From Octopus sinensis (lineage: Eukaryota), in assembly GCF_006345805.1 (NCBI RefSeq), contig NC_043013.1, forward strand, positions 27,776,001-27,840,000: DNA of 64,000 nucleotides. The letters run 5' to 3'. Numbering within the stretch: position 1 is the stretch's first letter; the number at the start of each line of letters is the position of its first letter. Shown here piece after piece: positions 55,606 to 64,000 of the stretch. Under the pieces are notes generated by a model. That model saw only the letters and a list, made by a program, of their open reading frames with translations. It searched no databases and was not told where the DNA came from. The translations under genes were made by a program, and so were the position numbers.

Positions 55606-56439
55606 TGTATGTATATATAATAGAGAGGAGAGGAATTTCACTCAAGTGTACTCTGCACAATATGCAGAGAAACTATTTCTCAAAAAAAAAAAAGAAAAAC
55701 CCTTCATGAAACAGTATATATAGATATACAACAGCAAATATGATAAATAACAATTAGAGAAATCAATGAATTAGCAAATGAAATGACAACAACCATAGCC
55801 ATCACCTCTTTAAAACAACATAAAATAGTGAGGAGGTGAAAATGATAACCAAAGATAAATGAATGAAGCTGTACCAATGTTTGTGAATCTAGAATGATAG
55901 TTCTCACCTGAAGCTTAGGAGTTGTCATTACCCATTATCCTTCTGGGATTGGTAAAATAATAGATTGATTTCAAGTCAGTTACAGGGTTTGATATAATTG
56001 ATAATATCTATGCTAGAAATTATTAATATAGTACTGTCAACAGTGCTGAAAACTGAGTCTTTTGGATTTGCTTGTGCCAAGTACATTCCTGGTATTAATG
56101 TTTGTTAATTAATATCAATTAATACTCACTCATATGCACACTTACATATATATAAATATACACATGTAATGATATGTTTGAAAGAAACTTTTGAGCAGCG
56201 TGGGTAATGAGTGATATCAATAAATGAAAACTTAGAGAAGAGATGATTTATTATCTTACATAGGTTGTATAATGAATCAATATTTCAGGAAAGTTTCCCC
56301 TTTTCAAATGGAAGGAAAAAAAATAATCAAAGAGCTTTGGAGAAACATGTTGTCTCTTGAAGTGCATTCTAATCTCTTGCAATATATGCACATATATAAA
56401 CACACACACATACACACACACTATTAAAATAAGAAGTAA

Positions 56440-56680
56440 TACAAGTCGATGGTTTGTATTTCCTTATATTTCAATATTTCAGTGTTAGGACTCCCACTTC
56501 AAGAAACTTTTAGAGAAACAGTGTCGTGAATCCCATCTCTTCATTAAATGGCCTACACAATAGAGAAGTCAGCTCACAATACCATTTCTCTGAAGATTTC
56601 CTGAAGATGTTCTAACTCCAAAATATTGAAATACAAAGTAAAAATATAAACAATCAAGTCACGTATTATTTCTCATAACT
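56440..56680. mobile_element. Diverged foldback with a decayed hammerhead in each arm
   Basis: Right arm: atttc-CTGAAGA-tgttctaactcc-aaaatatt-gaaat (56596-56632). The left arm reverse complement is gtttcttgaagtgggagtcctaacactgaaatattgaaat. Confidence 0.55.
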
Positions 56681-58036
56681 TATAATGTTTTGGCTTTATA
56701 AAAAAACAAACGATTAAAACATTTATGTATCAGACAATGCTTCATGTAAACTATGCAACTCTAAAATAAGAACATTTGGTAGGTTGGTATTTAAAAGACC
56801 ACGTGGGCCCAGAGAATAAAGTAATGTGGATGGAAGGGTATTCAATCTCCTAAGCATTGACTCATGAGGATTGTAGTGGAATATTTCATTTCACTGTTAC
56901 ATATGGAACCAAAGAACATGAGGCAAGTGTTGGCTGCCCATCAAAATTACTTTATTGAATTTGACTACATTGATTTGATACAAATTCAATAATAATATAT
57001 CTACATACTTCTACCTACCTACATAACCACCAGTCTACATACGTTCACACATACATACATAATACACACGTACATATGTACATACATATACATACTTACA
57101 CACATACACTCACACACATAATATATATATACATACATAAATACATATATACATATATATACATATATATATACATATGTATATATACATATATATACAT
57201 GCATACAGATATGTATATATATATATACACACACACACATATATTTATTGATATATTTACATATATATATATACATACATTAATATGCATGCATACATAC
57301 ATATATATATATATATACATACATACATACACACATACACACATATATATATATACATGCACACATCAAATACATGCATATAAATACATATATATATGTA
57401 CATACATATACACATATATATGTATATATATAGGTACATGTGTGTATTTGTATGTGTGTTTGTGTGTGTGTATATATATGTATGTATGTATGTATACTTA
57501 TGTACATGTATACATGCAGTTTATCGCAGTCACATATGCACCTTTCGATTTGACTCCATGTCATTATTAATAATGAAATATTACATATTAAAATACAATC
57601 ATTCATCCAATATGCATACCTGGCAAGCATTCATCTTTAATGTTACAGAAGCGGCAAAATAAACATACACATGCCTGTATGAGTGTGTATGTGTGTGACA
57701 GTGTGCCTCCAGTAGATATATACACGTATAAATATATGTGCATATATATATACATTCATATACCCACACATATGCATAACCGGTGGGTACGTTAGATACT
57801 ATGGCTGTATGACTCTCCCCAGATGCAACAAAATTTGCTTCAACACACGAATTTACATAAACAATCATGCAAACCATACAAAAATGAAGTATATATATAT
57901 ATATTGTTATATATATTTACATATATATATACTCTCTTTACTCTTTTACATATATATACACATATATATACACATATGTGTGTATTCATATATATATATA
58001 TAATATATATATATATAATATACACATATATATATA

Positions 58037-58111
<75 letters not shown>

Positions 58112-58141
58112 ATTATATATATATAATATATATATATATAT

Positions 58142-58643
58142 AGTAATTAAGGGTTTAGCAACGATTTGCCTCACCACACACCGAATTTAGAAATAGCAGT
58201 CAAAGAGTTATGGCTATTCTTTCTACTTAAAAGAGAGATCTCAGTAAAACCACAGCACTTAAAAGGCAAACAACGCAGGTAAAAGAGAAAGAAGGTAAAA
58301 GAGAAACGACAATCATTCTATATTAAGTCACCTACGGACGTACGTTTCGAAATTAAGTCATAGGAAAGCATAAAAATTAAATAATTATGCCTTACCCGAC
58401 TACTTTTCTCCTCAGCGTAGGACTCTACAATCATAAGTGCTACAATCATAAGCAGAAAGAATAGCCATAACTCTTTGACTGCTATTTCTAAATTCGGGGT
58501 ATGGTGAGGCAAATCGTTGCTAAACCCTTAATTACTTAGTATTACTTAAACCTTCCTCGAATGGGGTTTTTACATGCCGAAATCTACTTGGTGAAATTAA
58601 TGATTACTCCAAATTAATTGATTTCACCCTATATTATTATTGA

Positions 58644-58648
<5 letters not shown>
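58142..58648. mobile_element. Penelope-like element: about 87-bp inverted repeats, spacer with hammerhead, tail, in (TA)n
   Basis: Arms about 58142-58228 and 58449-58536 are near-identical in reverse complement. (TA)n lies on both sides. Confidence 0.75.
58331..58421 (-). ncRNA. Intact type I hammerhead ribozyme (Penelope-type, palindromic stem III)
   Basis: Minus strand: cctacg-CUGAGGA-gaaa...long stem II...uuuc-GAAAC-GUAC-GUC-cguagg. It has a 6-bp perfect stem I and a GUC site. Confidence 0.88.
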
Positions 58649-58684
<36 letters not shown>

Positions 58685-58751
58685 GTAAAAAAATACAAAC
58701 TGGGACAAGAACGCAAAACATTTAGAAGACGATACAAAAAACACAGACGGG

Positions 58752-58897
58752 ACATTCGAAGCCTTCAATCTTCAGTCAAGAACCGGATCATCCTCGCAAT
58801 TTCGGCTGATTAATCTTGAGATTGCTCCGACCTGGCCAGCCCCAAAGGAAAATCTAAGCCAAGCGCATTAGATTCCTTGGGAGAAAGCCTCGAATGT
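58752..58897 (-). ncRNA. Candidate permuted/pseudoknotted hammerhead-like ribozyme (copy B)
   Basis: Minus strand: ggctgg 58841-36/tcagcc 58809-04; GAAA 58803-800; gcaat 58825-21/attgc 58800-796; AUC site at 58820; tcaaga 58819-14/tcttga 58781-76; CUGAAGA 58775-69; 14-bp outer stem. Confidence 0.6.
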
Positions 58898-59339
58898 ATA
58901 CAAAACAAGGACAAGAACAAATAAGAATTCAAAAATATGTAAAAATAATAATGATAACATGAATAAGAATACGAAAATACGTAAAAACAATAATATATAT
59001 GTATATATATATATATATGTATATGTGTATGTATATGTATATATATATATATATGTATATTGTTATATATATATACATATTGTTGCATTTCAGGATGGTC
59101 ATTTATTTATTTTGCCAAATAAACACATGCACTATAAATTTGTTCTTCACTTGTTTATTACTGTTCTTATTGTGACTCATTTCCATTGTCCGGAAATCTT
59201 TTATCACACATCTGTGACCTTTTCAGTGACACTTTTCCTCTTCATGTGTGCTCTCGCTTCTCTGTTTATGGTTCTGATAATGAAATGATTTTGAACCAAG
59301 CCACCCTTGTATTTCTTACCATGATATGGGTGTAGCTGG

Positions 59340-59575
59340 TATTTCAGATAAAAATTCATCTTATTGTTCTTTGAATATATCTTCATCTATATCTTGTAAT
59401 CTTTGAGATTTTTGTCAGAGTATTGAAAAGGTGTTGGTTCTTGAACCCAAGTTGTTACCCCCAAATCAAGGGTGGAATCACAGGTACCTTGCAGTGGCAT
59501 CCATTTCAAGGGTTGGTATACTTTGCAATTCCAAAATTAAGTGCTAGACACTTCAAATCTTTCCAGACATATATT
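59340..59575 (-). mobile_element. Older CR1-group LINE fragment related to the adjacent element
   Basis: Degenerate IYVWKI/NFGI/GCHC-like segment parallel to 59940-60030. Confidence 0.45.
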
Positions 59576-59584
59576 TATATATAT

Positions 59585-60754
59585 GATTGATTGATTGATT
59601 GATTGATTCTAGTTTCAGCTTATGAGCTGTGGCCATGCTGGGGCACTGCCATTTGGTGTTGCTACTTGGTTTCACTTCATGAAGGCTTTCTAGCAACTGC
59701 TATTTGGTGCATGAGAGAGTTCGATGCAGCTGCCCTCATCTGCCCCTCCTGCCGTGAAGTTGGTTCATCTGGGACACCTGACAGGAAGAGATCCAGCTTC
59801 ATTTTAAAGACATCTGCATCCACCCCATGCAGGTCTCTTAGGTTCTTCGGGAGGATATTGAAGAGCTGTGGGCCTCGGAAGCCCAGGCTATCACAGAATC
59901 TTGTCCTACATCTTGATGGCAAGTTTGGAGTCCTAGGCACCATGCAGTGGCGCCCAGTTCTGGCATTTGCGTAACTCTCGATGCCAAAGTTCAGGACACT
60001 TCCCTCCAGGATCTTCCAGATGTATATTATGGCATATCTTTCCGCCTACGCTCCAGGGAATATAGTTTTAATCTCTTGAGTCTTTCCCAGTAGCTTACAT
60101 TCTGCATAGAGGCTATCTTCTTCGTGTAGCTACGTTGGATCGCCTCGAGCTCTGTGATCAACTTGACACTGGATGGTGACCATAACTGAGAGCAGTAGTC
60201 AAAGTGGCTTAGGACAGTGTCCTCCAGAGGCCATCATGGTTTCTTGTTCTCTTGTTCTAAAGGTTCTGAGGATCCATCCGGCCAGTCGTCTACATTTCAT
60301 TGCCAATTTAGCAACATGTACGCGAAAGGTCGCATCATCACTCATGTAAATACCTAGGTCACGCACTGATTGTGCCTCTGGGATTGCTATTCATCCGGGT
60401 CCAGTGTATTCATTGGGTATTGCATTTAGTTTTGCATGCTGATAGTATAGAGCTTGAAACTTTTCAGCATTGAACTGCATGCTATTCTTTTCGGCCCACT
60501 TGTATATTTTGTCTAGCTCACATTGCAGGTGTTTAGTGTCCTCAGGGTTCTGTATTGCCTGTGAACTTTTGTATCATCTGCATAACTTGTGATCGTGGCT
60601 CTCTGCGTGGCTGAGGGCATGTCTGAGAGGGCCATTATGAACAGTAGTGGTCCCAGAACAGTGCCCTGCGGAACACCGCTCACTATTTGCGTGTTAATGG
60701 AAGTGGCCCCATTGGCCACTACCACCTGACTTCTATCTTTTAGAAAGTCATGAA
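59585..60754 (-). mobile_element. 5'-truncated CR1/L2-group LINE (RT domain to 3' tail)
   Basis: FLKDRSQVVVANG...SGVPQGTVLGPLLFI...SYADDTKV, C-terminus LDLFLSGVPDEP...RAAASNSL, 3' UTR gtgccccagcatggccacagc...ctgaaac and an (AATC)n tail. Frameshifted. Confidence 0.92.
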
Positions 60755-60764
60755 GTATATACAT

Positions 60765-60806
<42 letters not shown>

Positions 60807-61211
60807 CTTTCTTCTGCACCAACCCTTTCCTTGTCATCGTTCCTCCTTACCCAACCTTCCCCACTGGTGCTTCCCTTTATTACCTGCACCCCCCCCCCCA
60901 CTATCTCTCCCTCTCTTTCCACTGGTGGAACCTTTTTCAGCTAGACCCCCACCCAACTCAACTCTAGAAAAAGCTCGAACCGATCGTGACCGATGCCGGA
61001 CCCCCCGGCCCCTGTGCAGGTGGCACGTAAAAAGCACCCAATCCACTCGCGGAGTGGTTGGCGTTAGGAAGGGCAACCAGCCGTAGAAACTCTGCCAGAT
61101 CAGACTGGAGCCTGGAGAGGCCTCTGGCTTCCCAGACCCCGGTCAAACCGTCCAACCCGTGCTAGCGCGGAAAACGGACGTTAAACGATGATGATGATGA
61201 TGATGATATAT

Positions 61212-61598
61212 AATGAAAATAATTAGAAAATGAAGAAAATTACAGATTAACCAATACATTGATTGGACCACGTTTACAGTTTATTTTTTTTAATACAAAT
61301 TATGAGATAACAAAATAGGTGACATATCATATCTATTATTTTATTTTGTTATCACATACTTTGTATTACAAAATAAGCTATAAATGTGGTCCAATCGATG
61401 TGTTTGTTAATCTGAGGTTTTCTCCATTTTCTGATTATTTGCATTGGTTTCTGATAAACTCTTGTTTATCCTGTTATTACTTGCACTCTACGTTCATGGT
61501 GTACCTGCACACCCATGCCCAAGGATAATATGGGTAACGGATACTGATAGTACATACGGACATTTTATCCCTTAGTCAGTTACTATAACTGTTAACTC

Positions 61599-61605
<7 letters not shown>
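61212..61605. mobile_element. Diverged foldback element plus tail before (TA)n
   Basis: Inverted arms at about 61212-61317 and 61342-61446, then a unique tail of about 160 bp and (TA)n. The layout matches 13861 and 58142. Confidence 0.55.
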
Positions 61606-61649
<44 letters not shown>

Positions 61650-61737
61650 ATAAATGTGTTGTAGGTGCTTGTTGCTTTCCGTGAGAAGAGAGGGAGAGTT
61701 ATATATACGTATACATACACGCAGACACACATATATA

Positions 61738-62040
61738 CAGGCTGCAGTGAATAAACTGTTGTCTAAATTACACAAAAATGAAAATAACACTGACATTTTA
61801 ACAGATATATTTACCAAAATTACATAAAAATATCTTGAAATATTAAAGAGTAAATTTATTTAATAAAATCGCCATTGGCTTCAACCATAGCCTCCAGACA
61901 ACTTCGGAGTCTCCTGCAGTTCTTTTGGACAGTCTCCTTAAGTTGGTGAATGCTGCCATAATCTTTGCCTATAGTTCATCTTTGGTGTTACAAGGAGTTT
62001 TGTTGGTCTGTAGCTCAACTGTGTCCCACATATATAATAA
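61738..62040 (-). mobile_element. DD37D/maT transposon 3' end
   Basis: TNKTPCNTKDEL*AKIMAAF...CLEAMVEANGDFIK*, with terminal TA-CAGGCTGCAGTGAATAAA. Confidence 0.7.
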
Positions 62041-62411
62041 GGATGCAGTTTGATCTCAACAGTATTTGAACTCAAAGTATAAAATGTTGCGAGTAAAGAT
62101 CACAAAGCATGTGGAGGTGCATGGTTTAGTACTTAGGGTGTTGGACTTATGATCGTATGATTGTGGTTTCAATTCCTGACTGGGTAATGTATTGTATTTT
62201 TGTGCCAAACACTTCATTTCACATTGCTCCAGTTCATTCAATTGGCAAAAATGAGCAATCCTGCAACAGAATGGTATTTTGTCCAGAGGAAGAATATCTA
62301 TGTCAGAGAAATCATGAAATTGGCCCTATGCTCCCTACAGAGTAGTATTGACTAGCCATTTTGTTCTGTGAGCTACAGTTTCTACCAAACCAAATAATAT
62401 TAATAATTCTT

Positions 62412-62845
62412 TCAAATTTTGGGCACAGAGCCAGCAGTTTTCAGTGGAGGATGAATTATATCAACACCAGTACACAACTGGTAGCAATTTTATCAACACT
62501 GAAAGGATGAAAGGCAAAGTCAACTTCAGCAGAATTTGAACTCAGGATGTAAAGACGGATGAAATGCCATGAAGCATTTTGTCTGGTGTGCTAATGATTC
62601 TGCCAGCCCACTGACCCCCAAATAATATTCTTTTCTACTCTAGGCACAAGACTCGAAATTTTTGAGGAGGGGAAGCAGTCAATTAGATTGACTCCAGTAT
62701 GCAACTGGTACTTCATTTATCAACCCCGAAAGGATGAAAGGCAAAGTCGACCTCAGCGGAATTTGAACTCAGAACACTAAGACAGATGAAATAATGCTAA
62801 GCATTTCACCCGGCATGCTAACGTTTCTGCCAGCTTGCTGTCTTC
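62412..62845 (-). mobile_element. Two tandem family-M SINEs
   Basis: gaaaggatgaaaggcaaagtc boxes at about 62500 and 62728. Confidence 0.8.
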
Positions 62846-63666
62846 CTCTAAATAATATTCATAATAATGATATTATAACACCAACTATTTCAGTCAACAG
62901 CTCAGTATGGTTTATTTATTAGTAACTCTATTCTATGGTCAGTAAGTTTAATGCCAATTAAATTTCTGTTGGATAACAAGAAAGCCAATGCACTTCAGAT
63001 CTGGTTGCAGAGTTGCAGCAGAGTTGTTGCCCCTTGACTTTTGAAAATGGTTTTCATTTTGCTGCAAGATTGCATGTATTTAATCTTACAACCAAATATG
63101 TTTTAATGTCAATAGATATATTAATATCTTACAAGCAGATACATTTAGGCAAACAAACTGGGGAATCGATACTCAACACACATAATACAGTGTATTTATT
63201 TAAAGCTGAAGTTTCATTCACTTGCTACACCTTCCAGCAACAAAAACATGAATGAAGGAATTCAGTTCAAGGAAATCACTGTGTCCAGACTTGGAGGGGG
63301 ATGAGTTACACCATGTTTAAAAGAAATTCCCAATCATATAGTTTCAGGTTTAGTCCCACTGCATTGGACCTTGGGCAACTGTCGTATTCAATAGTCCCAG
63401 GTTGACCTATGCTTTGTGAGTGAATTAGATAAATGGAAACTGAAGAAGCCTGTCGTGTGTGTGTGTGTGTGTATATAGTATCAGAAGCAGATTAGTGCAA
63501 AATTAAATGAAAACCTTATGTAGTCCATAACAAGTCATTAATCCACCATCAGATATGGTTTTACTGTCATACAAGGACTCTTCTATTCACATCACCATTG
63601 ACTGTCATGATTGACTGCTAGCTCCAAGTCTTTTTTTATTCTGTCTCTGTTTATTTCTTGGTGTTC

Positions 63667-63702
63667 CTTTCTGATGAAGAGCGTAGGCTCAAAACATAAA
63701 AG
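63667..63702 (+). ncRNA. CpG-decayed minimal hammerhead
   Basis: cttt-CTGATGA-a-gagcgtaggctc-aaaacat-a-aaag. Stems I and II are intact, but GAAAC-GT has decayed to AAAAC-AT. It lies in a pyrimidine-rich unit ending in (CT)n(TA)n. Confidence 0.6.
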
Positions 63703-63787
63703 ACTTTTTCACCTTCCCGAGTATTAAACTAATACACCTGTCTTCCTCTTTTGCTTTTCTGTAAATTTCAACTCTCTCTCTCTCTCT

Positions 63788-63829
<42 letters not shown>

Positions 63830-64000
63830 TAATTTATAATTATATCAAGGGTATGGATAAACCCCACCAACATGCTAATAATAGATGCCAAATGGCTCTA
63901 AAAACCACATCTGTACTTTGTTAACACAGGTTGTAAACAGACAGATGAAAAAAATGAATAGATTTCTTTTTTAAATGTCAAATGTTTGTGACCCTGAGAT

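Noticed and set aside
1512-58190. Dozens of long ORFs rich in YI/HT/CV/MYVC and poly-F/K/S/N
   Set aside because: They are translations of (TA)n, (CA)n, (TATG)n and (TTC)n microsatellites, which lack stops in some frames. They are not genes.

Overview
AT-rich, microsatellite-saturated animal DNA. The SINE, LINE and MITE repertoire points to an octopus (coleoid cephalopod); this is inferred, not database-checked. Nearly all long ORFs in the track are translations of simple repeats. One host gene is visible on the minus strand: a signal-peptide exon (28865-28913) splices in phase 1 to a Cys-rich Ly6/uPAR three-finger-like exon (11332-11478), and the remaining exon(s) probably lie left of the window. 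The rest is a transposon graveyard: mariner and DD37D/maT fossils, hAT and piggyBac MITEs, CR1-group, RTE and Dong/R4 LINE ends, at least four SINE-like families, and a 28S rRNA fragment fused to a SINE. The most striking layer is hammerhead-ribozyme motifs. (i) Many minimal Penelope-type type I hammerheads occur, often inside foldback elements next to (TA)n; the one at 58331-58421 is essentially perfect. (ii) Two sequence-unrelated loci (3250-3361 +, 58752-58897 -) carry the full hammerhead core (CUGANGA, GAAA, NUH) and all three stems. They share the same non-canonical, pseudoknotted strand order with almost no shared stem sequence, making them a candidate undescribed hammerhead architecture. 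All structures were paired by eye and no activity is demonstrated.
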